Under the pieces are notes generated by a model. It did no database searches and was not told where the DNA came from. It saw only the letters and a list, made by a program, of their open reading frames with translations. Below are positions 1 to 11,841 of a stretch of 64,000 nt of DNA, piece after piece. The stretch's first letter is position 1, and each line of letters opens with the position of its first letter. The stretch lies in contig OZ076409.1 of NCBI GenBank assembly GCA_964187785.1, positions 55,926,001-55,990,000 on the forward strand, in the 5' to 3' direction. The DNA comes from Amphiscolops sp. MND2022 (lineage: Eukaryota). The translations under genes and the position numbers were made by a program.

Positions 1-2784
1 TGAGTTCCATAGTGCTAGGGGGATGATTTTTGTTTGGAAAAATCTAGTGACTGCTCGGTTGTTGGTGAAAACGATTACGGGAAAAGTACTTCCCCACATT
101 AGGTGTCCAAATTCTGAGAATGCGAAGAAGATGGCTAATAACTCTTTGGCATATATTGATATTTTTAGTTGGGTTGGGTTGAAAGTTTTTGAGCCGAATG
201 CGATATGGGCGTATGTTTTGCGTTTGGATTGTAGTTTTTGTTGAGGGTCGTCTTCAATCATAATCGCATATCCTGCCGCTGTAAAACTGGCATCGGACAT
301 GACGATTAGTTGTTTGTCTTTAAGTGGTTGTTTGAGTGCCATTTGGCAAGATTGAAGGAGGAGGTCGTTTAACTGTTCAAAATTGCTTGTGAGTTCGATA
401 GAAATGTAGAATTTGTTGGTTTCTTTCAGCAGTTTGAAGAAAGGGGTGAGTCGTTCCGAAAAGCGCGGTATATAATTTCTGTAATAGTTCAGAAAACCAA
501 TATACCTTTGAAGACCTTTTTTGGATTTTGGGAATTTAAGTTTCGCTAAGAAATCTTTGACTTTGTTTACTTGGGGAGAGACTCCTTCAGGTGTAATCGT
601 TCTTCCTAGGAAGTCGACTTGTTTCACTCCAAAATGGCATTTTGACATTGACAGTTTCAAACCTGCGTTCCGTTTACATTCGAAGACTGCTCGGATGTTT
701 ATACACAGTTGTGACACTGTGTTTGCTGCGATTCCGATGTCGTCGACGTATTGGGCGCATTGGTCTGCTTTGATGAGGGTGTCTAAGTATTCTCGTATGA
801 AACTGGAGAATGCTGATAGTGATCTGCGAAGGCCTTGTGCTAAACGCCGATATGCAAAGGTTCGGCTAGCAAAGTTAAAGGCCAACATCTGAATTGATTC
901 GTAATCTGCCATCTGAAGGCAGTGGTACGCTTGTGAACAGTCAAGTTTACAGAATAATTTCTTTCTTGCTATGTGTTGGGCTGCATCGGAAAGTTTACTG
1001 ACTGGGTGGTTGTTGTTTACGTAGTCTTCGGAGATGAGATTATTTATTTTGCGCAAGTCGACTAAGAGTCGCAATCGACCATTAGGTTTTCGTTGCGCAA
1101 AAATGGGACTTGCGTATTTAGAGAAAGGTAGAGTTGTTATTATACCATACTTGTGAAGTAGGGCAAGTTCTACCGTGATGTCGTCTTTTAGGTTGATCGG
1201 TGTCGGAAGGCTCTGGCTATATGCTGGTCGGTCATCGTCTGGTGTAAGTTTGACCTTGAATTCTCTATTTGTTCCAATGTCAAACCTGTGTCGGGCGAAA
1301 ATATCGTGAAATTCAACCAGCAGTTCTTCCACTTTTTGTCGTTCAAACAGTGTGAGTGTTGTATCACTCCAGTCAAAATTGTCAAGAAATGTTTTGCGTG
1401 ATCTTTCGTCGTCTTGTGGGTTAAGTGTTTCTAGTGTTAGAAGTTCCACTAGTTCATCAAATATTCGTTTCTGAATTGGTGTGTATGTTGTCGGGTCTCC
1501 AGGTTGTTCCGGTGTTGGAAACCAGTATTGTTCCGTTTTGTCTTCTTTGTTGTTTACTTTTAGGAGTTCGTTTAGGTATACGTCCGTAACTTCAGTATGT
1601 TGATGCATGATGAATGTTAGCATTGAAGGGTTGATTGGTTTGATATATTTTATTTGTTCAGGGGTTAAAACTCAAATGTCGGCTAGATGTGTGTCTGTTG
1701 TGATTGTATAGGGTAGTTCTGAGAAATTACAGATCTGGTATCCAACTGCGTTATTGTTGACTGTGCAGAGGGAAGATACAAGGAAAAGTGTGTCATGATC
1801 CTCAAGGTGCGTAGATGGCGTTACTATGCCCTTGCATCATGATCATTTGAGTGCGGCATTCTGCTTGCAATGAGCATCGTTTCACCCGGTTGCAGTGTGT
1901 ATGTTGTTTCTTCAAGTAGTGGTGTTGATTGTCGTGTTGGAAGATTGTGTTCTGGTTTCAATTGCATTGATAGATGTGGAAAAGTTAATATTCCTTGTCG
2001 GATGTCGAAAATGGCATTGTTTTTTTAGGAAACAAAGTCCAATTAGGGGATTCGGTAAGACTTTCATGATGACAATGAAGTTTTCTTTGAACATAAAATC
2101 TGCCACTTCAAATGTTAGGCAGACTGTTCCGATTGGCGTTTCCAATTGTCCGTTTGCTACCATTATTTGAAAATTGGGTGCGCGACTTGTGTCTGTTATT
2201 GCTTCGGGTGCAAGAAGTTTGATTTTATTTAGATCTTGTTCCGATATTGTACTCGTGAGAGCTCCAGTTTCGATTAGACCGTCAAGTGTAAGCTTTACAA
2301 AATCCATTGGAAAGTAATACATATGACGTTTGCTTTTTAGTGTCAGGTTGGTTGATAGAAGAAGCATTGGTATATCTGTTTCTTTATTAATCGTAAGATG
2401 ATTCTGAATTTCATCATCTATGAGGGGTAATTTTTGTATTGATGCAGGTTCGGTTGGTATTACAGATGAGTTTTGTGTTTGGAGAGGCTCAAAATTGTTT
2501 TTCGGAAGAGGTTCTGGTAAATTTTGTGGTGAGGTTTCGTGTTCAGATTCAAACAGATTTTCTGGTGTTTTTTCGTTACTTATGTCAAGATTTGTGGTTA
2601 TGTATCTGTCAGGGGCGTCTCTGTATATTTCATACAAATCGTCCTCTGATTCGTTTTGTTGAGTTCCTGGAGTCTGAGAGTCAGTGTGTTGTGTAAAAGT
2701 GTTTGTTTTTATTGGGTGAGGAGTTGGATTCTGCCAGTCAGCTTTCTCCTCTGATTTTGTGGGGCGTGGTTTTATTAGTTTAAA
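1..2784 (-). pseudogene. pol: Gypsy Pol (protease, RT, RNase H), damaged
   Basis: Protease motif LIETGA (catalytic D read as E). Frameshifts near 2020 and 1830 and an in-frame TGA at 1672-1674. The frame is then open from 1671 to the window edge through RT and RNase H (checked codon by codon). Confidence 0.9.
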
Positions 2785-4445
2785 TCCTTCGATGACGAGG
2801 GTTGTTGTCGGGGTGCTATCGGGTTGATATGTTTGTTGGAGTTTTTGTAATTTTCAATGAGTTTTTTCTGTGTTTCGGTTAGTATCCACTTCAGGGGGCG
2901 ATTTTCCATATTTGCACCGAGGTAGCATGTTGGTTCTTCATGTCCTGATGCGTTACAATGCGTACAGCGTATGGCATCAGGGTCTTCTTCCAGCTTACGG
3001 CGTTTTGCTAGTTTAGCGCAGTCTGCTGCCTTGTGCCCCGTGTTTTTACAGTAACGACATTGGTCATCTTGCAATGTTTTGTTGGGAACCATTTTTGGCG
3101 TTTGTTGCTTCTTTTTTGTTGTTGCAGTTTTCTGCTGCGTTGGTTTGTCTGCTGCTTGTTTGTTTATTACCGTCATTTGCGTTTTAACGCCAGTGTCTTC
3201 TGATTCAAGTCCTCTTAATTCCATCTCACGTTCGAGATGTCGGACTGTTTGCTCGTATGTTCCATTTTTAAAATAGGCTTGAATAATAGAACGTTTTAAG
3301 TGTGGTGGCATTTTTGCATATAATAGACTTTGTATAATTTGTGATGCAACGTCAACGAAGGCTTTTTTGGCGCTTTCTTGTAATTCCTCTAAGAAATCTG
3401 GTAGTTTCTGGCGTTCCGGGTCAAAAATCAAGCTAGGAAATTTATGTTTTGCAGACGCACTAGATTCGGGCTTGACATAATTTCTCCGGAACACTACCAG
3501 TATGTCTTCAAGTGTAGTTGTTGGTGTTCGTTGGATGTTCTTGAATGTTTTCAATGCTAATCCACGCAAATGCGCGTGAAAATGATTTATTTTCATTTCC
3601 TCAGTTAATGCGGGTTGTATTCTGAGTGTTGTGTGGAAAAGATCTTCGAAAAATTCGAGTTTTTTATTCTTTTTCAACTTCCCATTGAAAGTGAGTGTAT
3701 TTTTTGGATAAAAGAGTGATGGTTGTGAATTACGACTCGCTAATTTCTCAATAGCTGTTGCTAATTGGTTAACGGGGTCTTGCTGAATGTTGAGTGGTTC
3801 AGCAATTAGATGTTCATTGTGTGTTCTTGTTGTATTGTTTGAGCTTTGACGGTGAAGTGGTTTGGTAGCTCCTGTCACCATGTGATAATCCTCTCGTGTG
3901 CGGTCCTCATTTATGACCACAGAGTCATTTAGATCAATGTTTTGCATGCTCAAAGGTTGTATTGGCGTTCTAAGTTCGTTTAAGTTAGATGGCCTGAAAG
4001 GATTATCCCGTATCTCACCTTCTTGATTTTCTGGCTCAGATGCGTTTTCTTCATCGTCCTCATTACTTGCGTATTTTGAAGTTCCTGCTCTGGGGGTGTT
4101 TTGTTCTCGATATCGTCTGTTTGGTACAGATTGTGTTCTTCTGTTATTTTTCATCTCTTTAAATATTTTCTCTAGTTTCTCATCCATTTCTTTTCTCAAG
4201 TTTGCTACTTCCTTGTTCGTTTTATCTGATATTCTTTGGTTCCAAAGTTGCATTTCATTTTCATTCTGTGTTCCACTGTCTAGAGCTAGTTCTTCGTCCC
4301 TAACTGAACTAACATTTTCAAAGTTACTTAAAGTTCCGATAACAGTTTCATTACCTTGTGATGTTTCTATTTCGGATGTGCCCAACTCTCTCTCAAGCAA
4401 GTTTGATTGTCCTCGTCTAGATCTTCTATTTCTCTTGTTACCCAT
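2775..4445 (-). CDS. gag: Gypsy Gag polyprotein, 556 aa, two zinc knuckles
   Basis: Intact ORF with CRYCKNTGHKAADC and CTHCNASGHEEPTC (CX2CX4HX4C); capsid-like central region; coiled-coil N-terminus. Confidence 0.9.
   Translation of the reverse strand: MGNKRNRRSRRGQSNLLERELGTSEIETSQGNETVIGTLSNFENVSSVRDEELALDSGTQNENEMQLWNQRISDKTNKEVANLRKEMDEKLEKIFKEMKNNRRTQSVPNRRYREQNTPRAGTSKYASNEDDEENASEPENQEGEIRDNPFRPSNLNELRTPIQPLSMQNIDLNDSVVINEDRTREDYHMVTGATKPLHRQSSNNTTRTHNEHLIAEPLNIQQDPVNQLATAIEKLASRNSQPSLFYPKNTLTFNGKLKKNKKLEFFEDLFHTTLRIQPALTEEMKINHFHAHLRGLALKTFKNIQRTPTTTLEDILVVFRRNYVKPESSASAKHKFPSLIFDPERQKLPDFLEELQESAKKAFVDVASQIIQSLLYAKMPPHLKRSIIQAYFKNGTYEQTVRHLEREMELRGLESEDTGVKTQMTVINKQAADKPTQQKTATTKKKQQTPKMVPNKTLQDDQCRYCKNTGHKAADCAKLAKRRKLEEDPDAIRCTHCNASGHEEPTCYLGANMENRPLKWILTETQKKLIENYKNSNKHINPIAPRQQPSSSKDLN
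2778..2784 (-). promoter_or_regulatory. -1 ribosomal frameshift slippery heptamer U UUA AAC at the gag/pol junction
   Basis: Minus strand reads GAT TTA AAC TAA (gag stop). The -1 frame TTT AAA CTA ATA... stays open into the protease ORF 1912..2637. Confidence 0.8.
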
Positions 4446-4689
4446 TTTGTCAGATTAAAATGCTGTTTTGGAGAGAAGAATTTCAGTTAGAATGATGAGC
4501 AAAGTAAAATTGGGTTGAAATAAAGTTGAAGAAAATGTGCATTTTGTCAAGTTATCAAAGTTGGAACAAAGGTTGTGAGGGTGAAAAGAAAGGTCTGATC
4601 AGTCTGAAAGTTTTCTGTTGAATAAATATTGTTGGGTTCCTTACTCTCCTCTTTGGTTTGGGCTAAATTTAGCTGCATGACAACCAATT

Positions 4690-5110
4690 TTTGGAAAGTC
4701 ATGGTTACATCACGGTTATGTAATTACTAAAAATAGTACCCAATCTGATATAAAATTAGGTTTGTAAGTTACATCGCTTCTATAAATAGATTCCTGCATG
4801 ACGAATATTTTTCTGCGTTTTGATTGGTCATCACACTAACTGCAACAATCCGTTCATCGTTAATGAAAAAATGTGGCAACACCTAGCATGACTCAAATGT
4901 AATGCAAGTATTAATTTCAGCATAGAGTAGCACGTAAGATTAAGTCAACGTAATGAGTCATACATCTAAAAGATATAGTTGAAGAGTTGAAAAATGCGAT
5001 GTTGTACTGCAGTATGCTGCAAACTTTGTGCGGCAGAATAATCCAAATATTAAAGTCCTTACGTATTAATGCATCATACAAATCATGTATAATTCATTCA
5101 TTTCACTACA
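4690..5110 (-). repeat. Candidate 5' LTR of the Gypsy element
   Basis: Lies upstream of gag. A TGG-initiated PBS-like sequence is at about 4672-4686 on the minus strand, and the region ends in ...ACTACA at 5110. There is no second LTR in the window, so boundaries are uncertain. Confidence 0.3.
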
Positions 5111-5765
5111 AATTGTGTTGAGCGGTATTATTCATCAAATATGTTAACACCTTGCAACATTTAGTGAATTGTTTATGAATGGATATTCATAAACAAGTAT
5201 TTCACAAGTATTTCATAAACAAATATTTCACAAGTACAGTTAACTAGAATAGAAAACAAATTCAAATAATGCTGGTGTATAAAAGTCATATATGAATACA
5301 TGTAAAACAAGTTTCAAGAAGTGATGAGTTTTCTCCAGTTTGAAATTGTAGATGGGCGAGTCATTTGCCTCTATCGCTGCTCTACGGTTCCAACACAAGC
5401 TCTAGGCTGTGACAGTATAAGAAACATTAGGTGATACTTGAGTTGTCAATTATGCAGTTCGCAAATTCTGAGCAGTTTTCGGATCAGCAGTTTCGATCTA
5501 ACAGTTTATCATAATAGCATGAAATGATTATGCTGTCACGACCAACTTTTGAACGGTTCTTTGAAACAGTCAACGAGAATGAAGGAAAATCATCAGAATG
5601 TGCATCGCATTTTAATAACTTTGGCAAATACCGAATTTTAGCAATATTCATGCCGAATTTTGGAACGCTAACAAAACGTAAATTCGATGTTAAATCTAGT
5701 GGAAGGTGTATTGGGTTACGAAATACTCAACACATGAAAACAATAAAAAATAGAATCTAATCTAA

Positions 5766-6036
5766 ATGTGTTGAGTTTTCTGTGTTGAGTTTTCGTGTGT
5801 TGAGTTTTCGTGTGTTGAGTTTTCGTGTGTTGAGTTTTCGTGTGTTGAGTTTTTGTGTGTTGAGTTTTCGTGTGTTGAGTTTTCGTGTGTTGAGTTTTCG
5901 TGTGTTGAGTTTTCGTGTGTTGAGTTTTCGTGTGTTGAGTTTTCAAGTGTTGAGTTTTCGTGTGTTGAGTTTTCGTGTGTTGACTTTCCGTGTGGTGAGT
6001 TTTCTTTGTGTTGAGTTTTCTTCTGTTGAGTTTTCT
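5766..6036. repeat. Minisatellite, 15-bp unit TGTGTTGAGTTTTCG, ~18 copies
   Basis: Directly visible tandem array that degenerates at the right end. Confidence 0.97.
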
Positions 6037-6496
6037 GGTAATCGTTTGCTTATGGGGTTCCAAAATGGCAAGATACTTGATTTCTTAAGTTAAAAACTTC
6101 AAAATCAAAAAAATCAAAATGGATTTGCATTCGAAAACAATTCTCACAAGTAAAATATTCTAAATTTTCGAGCAGAGACAGCTAATGGAATTTTTCGATC
6201 ATTATCATACAAATTCAAAACTAGTGGTCGGAAGAAAAGGTTTCCCGACCCATTTTTTAGCCTCTACACAGTGCAACTTGTTAATTTTTACGGTTTCCCA
6301 GAAAATGTGTAATTACAAACTAAAATAGCAAAATTTGAAGTATTCTGATTTGGCAATGGTAACCATCAAGGGGAACGTTTTCACAATAATTTTGTTGTTC
6401 GAAGGTTTTAGAGCAAAAACCAAGGTACAGAGCTTTGCTCTCGTATTTTTCGTTACGATCAGTGGTTTTTGAGGTACTGCACTATAACTTTCAAAA

Positions 6497-7218
6497 CCCT
6501 GGTTGAGAATGAATGCATGCCTGGCAAGGATCTTGTAAGGAAATGTTTTCCTTGAAAGATCTTGCAAGGAAATGTTTTCTTACAAGATCTTGGAAGGAAA
6601 TGTTTTCCTTGAAAGATATCTTCCTTGCAAGAATCTTGAATTCAATGTATTTCATACTGAGACATTGTTATGACGTAGTCATGATTTGAGTATAATGTTA
6701 AAAACGTTAATAACTATTGTTTCAATAGGGCAATTTAACAAATTGAAACATAATTTCATTCAATAAATTATGCACGGCCTAAATTTAACTCATTGACCTG
6801 TACATAACACTAGTTATCCGAAAATATTTTCAAAATACATTGAATCTGTATTTTAAATGTTGCGTCACTGAAATATCTTATTACTCTTTCAATAACTTCG
6901 CGAAGATCACACTTCTAGAGATGTTTCTAGAGTTTGCATCTTTTTGATTGTTGAATCCTCGAGTAAATAATCGCAGCTTTTCAAATCAATCTGATTGATA
7001 GTCACGATGCAGTAGTCAATTTGAAACTAATGAACAATAAAAACAAGAAATAAACATTTTAATGTCAAGAATCTTTCAATAAATCTTCATCCTTGAAAGA
7101 ATCTTTCAAGGAATTTTTTTCCTTGCAAGATGTCTTGCAGAAAAATGCATTAACTTGCAAGATCTTGCAAGAAAATCTTGCAAGATTCTTGTAAGGAATG
7201 CATATTTTTTCAACCAGC
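6497..7218. mobile_element. MITE-like element with terminal inverted repeats and subterminal CTTGCAAG arrays
   Basis: Left end CCCTGGTTGAGAA..ATGCAT versus right end ATGCAT..TTTCAACCAGC. Clusters of palindromic (AT)CTTGCAAG(A) at 6525-6640 and 7066-7200. Confidence 0.6.
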
Positions 7219-8595
7219 AAAATGACGAAATAACCGAAATGGCGAACTATAATGTAACTTTGTAATTTTAGTTGATTATGAAATCGTTTGATTTTGCCTA
7301 AAAATTGAGAGACTGTTGCTCCGAGGTTTTTTGTGAAACGAATAGATGAAAAATTTTTGCGCTTACAATTTTTCAATATCCTTGTGCATTACACTTGCCT
7401 TTTTCATGGCCAGACTTGAAATATTTCGGAAATCAAGATGATTAAACCGGAAACTTTTAGGCACGCGGAGCAAAAATTATTGGCCACCATTATCTTCGAA
7501 CGCAAAACTCCATTTCATTCGTTTTCTCTTTTTCTGTCAATTTCGTAGGTTTTTAAACTTTGAAGCTTCATTTCCCGTAACTTACAAAAAATACGCATTT
7601 GCTTCGAATCGATAAGAGATTGCCGCAAGAATCGATAAGTGTCTCAATTAGTTTTTTATTCTAAAACATTTTCCGGAAACGCTTCAGTTTTTTGCTTTTT
7701 TTCTATGAAACAACCTGAAAAATCGAGAAAAAATTGACTTTCAAGTTGGAGTCTTTCATCTAGGCACTGACAAATGATACCTCAAAAATTTTGCGCAAAA
7801 TGTTTGTTCTCAATTTTACCCGCTTGATATTTTCATTTGCAGTAACCTCTACATATCTGGTACTCGAAAACAGTGTGAGCTATATTTGGTGTCAAAACAT
7901 TTGCTTTATGTAACAAAGATACTTGAAAAAATTAGGGGAAGAATTCCAAACTCTTTGCTTTCATCCCAGTCATTTCCAGTAAACGTTTGTGATGATGTTG
8001 CGTCTCCTTCCCACCGCCCTTGTTCGGTAACTTTATCAGTTTGCTGCTTGAAGCTCAGTATTTTCAATATGTTCGAATCTTCGTTGTACAGACATCAACC
8101 TACGGCACAGACTGTTTGGAAGCAACTTTGCAAATACTTTTCAGATTGCTGAAAACAATTGGACGAGTACAGTTCTGATATTCAATCTCAAATTACACAT
8201 GCACGAGATATAGGCATCGCAAACTTATCAGATTTCGTTTTAGTATTAGTGGGTCGTGAACTTCCATCCACAAGTCTCTTTGGGATGTCACAAACAGGTA
8301 TCTCCAAAGGGGAATGATGTATTCAACAGATTGATTGAGACTATAAAACGTTGATTCCAAAAAATTCAAATTGAACACCAGTTTTTAACCGTTTTTTGAA
8401 ACCCATACACTACCCAGATTTTTCATAACTGCCTTGAGTCCACAGTGCCAAAAACGAAAACGCTTTTGAAGAGGGCTTTTTTGTGGAAGCAAGCCGGAAA
8501 CTGGTCACGTCGACGACCCAATCAATGCTCAAACAGAAATAAAAATCTGCTCTAGAACAATCATTGAACAGATTCGCATCAATGTCCAACTAACA

Positions 8596-9239
8596 AACAA
8601 GCCGGGAACGGCTAAAGTCGGCGCTATATCTAAGGCTCAAAATTGTAAAAGGGGGGACCCTTTGGGCTTCATGAAACTACAGTTGGTTGCAAAATATGAA
8701 AAAAAATTAAAGGGGACCCTTGGAACATTTTGAAAAATTTTCGAAAAAAAAATTGGTGGAATCCAAAAAACTTCAAAAAAGTCACATAGTGCCGAAATAA
8801 ATCCGAGTGAAAAACACCAAAGGGGATCCTGTGTTTTCGAGGTTCTGGACGTCGATGTTTATGTTTTGGACGAGGTTCTGGCGTTTCGAGTATGTTTTGG
8901 ACGTTCGTAGTTCAAGTTGATAATGTTGGACAAATGAACAAAGTGGACCGATCGCGTTGAAATGACGAAAAAACTAGCCACTGTAAGAGTCGTGCATTTT
9001 CTTCCATTACAGTGCATAGGCAAGCTATTTTGCTGCTTGTCGTGGAATCCAGGACACGAAAATTCAGTTGCTTGTCCGTGGCATGCTTGTCCGTGAAATC
9101 CGGGACTAATGACGTAATTTGCCGATTTTGCACGGTTAATGGTATGGTCGTGGAATCCGAGGTATTTAAAGCACAAAATTGTGCTTTGAGCAAATTTAGC
9201 TTGCCTATGCACTCTAATGTCGAAAACGCCTACTAAAAA
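8596..9239 (-). mobile_element. DINE-1/Helentron-like repeat, family 1
   Basis: AACAAGCCGGGAACGG..AGTCGGCGC..ATATCTAAGGCTC at one end and ..AGTCG..CGCCTACTAAAAA at the other; interrupted by a MITE. Confidence 0.7.
9010..9214. mobile_element. Tc1/mariner-type MITE (205 bp) with TA target duplication
   Basis: TIRs CAGTGCATAGGCAAGCTA and TAGCTTGCCTATGCACTC, flanked by TA at 9008-9009 and 9215-9216. Confidence 0.85.
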
Positions 9240-10136
9240 TAACCGGTCACCCTTGAAAACAGGAAAACGGTGGTTTTATTCATTTTGAAAAATCAAAGTA
9301 CCCACCTTTTTTTAGGAAAATCTGTGCCAAAAACACAAATGAAGGCTTGCGCTTGCAAGACGTTTTGTCTTGTTACGAGCGTTAGAAGAGACCTCCAGTA
9401 GAAAATATTTTTCAAACCTTGTCTTCAGCTTTTGGTCTTCCGCTGATGTTGTCAGCATTTGAATATTTGGGTCCAGCGCAAGATTCGAACCCACATACAC
9501 CTGTTTTTAGCCCCACTCACCACCCACAGAAACCCACGACATTATCTAGACTAATCAGAAAAAACTTTCCTGCTGCTTTACCACAGAGTCTAGGTAGTAG
9601 CTATTGGCAGAAATGTTTAAAAAATTCACAAAACCCCTGTGCTAATATTAAGGTTTTCCCAGGTTGAGCTTTCGTTCAGAATCTGTACAGATTTGTGTGC
9701 CTCATTCCCTTGAGGATCTGTAAAGATCGTACCACTGCTGCGGCAGGAAAAGTGCAGATATGCATGGATTTTTACAGATTTTTTAGGGATTTTTTCGGGA
9801 GCTTCTAGTAAACTAATGTACTGCATTTTTGGAATTCTTGAACCACTTTAACGAAGTATTTTAGCCGGCCAAGACTCCGTCAGTTGAACTTTCCATCCCT
9901 AGAAAGTCTCGAGCAGAAACGCTTATTCCCGTCATGGTTAGTTTTGGTGACTGTAGATTGTTCAGTTATGGTTTTACTCAATAATTCATCAATTTCACTT
10001 GAACGTTACAAAAAAATGAATTTTGAGAGGCTGGTTTGTCATTTCGATTTCGTTTTGGAGGATGAAATTAGTGAAGTGGCGACAGTCTCGGTTGGTAGAC
10101 GTGTTGATAAAGTGCTTTAGTTGTAATATTCCGGGA

Positions 10137-10528
10137 ACAGGCTTTTTGGTTCCCCGCCACCCATTTTTTTGGAAAATTATTGATACTCTTATAAGAAAAA
10201 GACATAGCGAACCAGAACCCTTTAACTTTACATTAATTTGCAGGGAGACAGACTATTTGGAATTGAGATACAAACTTGTTCACACTATTTTTGCCTATGA
10301 AAGGGCTCATTTTTGAACAGGAAATCAACATCTTCATAATTCGAATTATAAAAAACAGTTAATTCGAACATAATTATAGTCAAAACGCGTGAACAATGTG
10401 TTATTCAACCAAACATATTCTAATATACGTTAACTTTCTGTTATGAAAGATGGTTTTACTTCTAATTAGGCTAATCTGAAACTTTCAAGAAAATTGATGA
10501 AAATTGTGGGGACATAAAAGAACCCTGG
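10137..10528. mobile_element. ~390-bp TIR element, second copy at 39857-40243
   Basis: Shared internal sequence (TTGGAATTGAGAT..TTGTTCACACTATTTTT; GTTAACTT.CTGTTATGAA) and imperfect TIRs GGCTTTTT..TTCCCC / GGGGAC.TAAAAGAACC. Confidence 0.65.
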
Positions 10529-11841
10529 AACATGGTTTGGCAGAGTAGTTTTAGTAATTGCTGGTATATCGGAATACGTTATAGTAATTGTTAGTCATTT
10601 TTGTATAGTTAATTTTCTCTTGTCAGGATCTGTACATATCTGTACCGATTCGCACAGAAACGTTTTTAAAGCTTCAATTAAGAGGCTTGTTTAACTTGTA
10701 GAGCACTTTTCAATCAACTAATTTCAAGTTCAAAACTATTCACGGATTAAATTTTGACAAAACTGCAATATGTCAAGATCTGTACAGATTCGTAAGGAGT
10801 GCAAAACATAGGTTTTGTTTCTGAGAAAAGAAATTTAAAAACATGTTTTAGTTCCCAAACTTTTGTCATTGGTGTTGTAAAAACAATAACTATGCAACAA
10901 CATTTTCATAATTTCTTTTCTGCTTCCAGTTTTTGCTTCTGCCAATTGCAAAACAAGATATTTTATGAAGCTTTTGACATTCATAATATGATTGAATCTA
11001 CTTAAGAATACCGCAAGTTTCTGAGGATTTTAGTTTTCCCACCAAACCAGCTTTCCAATTTTGAATGCTTCAAAGGCATTTATTTCTCCATTCACTGAAA
11101 ACGATGTGGTGCTTTTTTCAAGTGTAAAATGCAGTAATATTCATGTTTGTGTATGAAACTTTGCACATCTAATTTAATCTTAACCCTATTTAGCATCGCG
11201 GTTTGCACCACTTAAGATCTGCTAACTTCTAAAGGCACCAGCCCACCGTATGGTAAAGAAAACTCTTGAATAAGATTTTCAGGCAAAACAACAGAATTGC
11301 ACGCATTTTCACGGATTGTTGACTTGATGTCTCCGAAATCAGAAAAACGGGACCAAAAAAATCAAAAAAACAATAGCTAAAAATTTCCGATTTCCCTGTT
11401 TTCTTGTGTGGCCACTTTATAATACTGGGGAGAAGATTAGGTCAAAGAGGCCCTAGCATGTTTTGAAACAAGCTGAACTGCAGCCAGAGACACCACGCGT
11501 GCAAAGTTTTGGCGCAAAGTCCGGAGCCAGTGCGGCGAAGCAAAATCAGGGCTAAAGGATTTTGCGCAAAAAACTTTGCACGCAAGTGGCCCACCCGAGC
11601 GGGACCCCATCACAGCAGTTTAAAAATTGATTTGAAAGCCCTGATGCTCCTGTTTTGAACGCTGTATAAATCGTTTGTCGGACTCGAATAGTTTTGGAGA
11701 TATTGCGGTTTAAAGTTTAAGCATCAGATTTTTGGATGCATCCAGTAAAATTCCACCTGTAAATTCCAGTAAATTCCATTCCGGGTTAATACATAACCCA
11801 TTTCTAAAGCATTGCAATAAGTTTCCGTTACGTTTTAACTA

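Larger units (their letters stand above)
1..4445 (-). mobile_element. Ty3/Gypsy LTR retrotransposon, gag-PR-RT-RNaseH (integrase and 3' LTR lie off the left edge)
   Basis: Domain order gag(CCHC)-protease-RT-RNaseH on the minus strand. RT motifs GRLRLLVDLRKIN, KLDCSQAYH and YVDD (739-750); RNase H motifs MSDAS and KELLAI. Confidence 0.95.

Noticed and set aside
521..4458. Plus-strand ORFs over the Gypsy element
   Set aside because: Antisense shadows of gag and pol.
5716..6093. Repetitive ORFs (TKTQH)n and (LSFRV)n
   Set aside because: They are translations of a 15-bp minisatellite with no stop codons; there is no other gene evidence.
9469..9530. tRNA gene on the minus strand (GGTTCGAATC B-box with an A-box-like motif)
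   Set aside because: No cloverleaf or anticodon arm could be formed; at most a tRNA-derived SINE-like head.
11497..11583. Inverted repeat GCGTGCAAAGTTTT..AAAACTTTGCACGC as a structured ncRNA
   Set aside because: Single copy among transposon debris; no recognisable RNA family.
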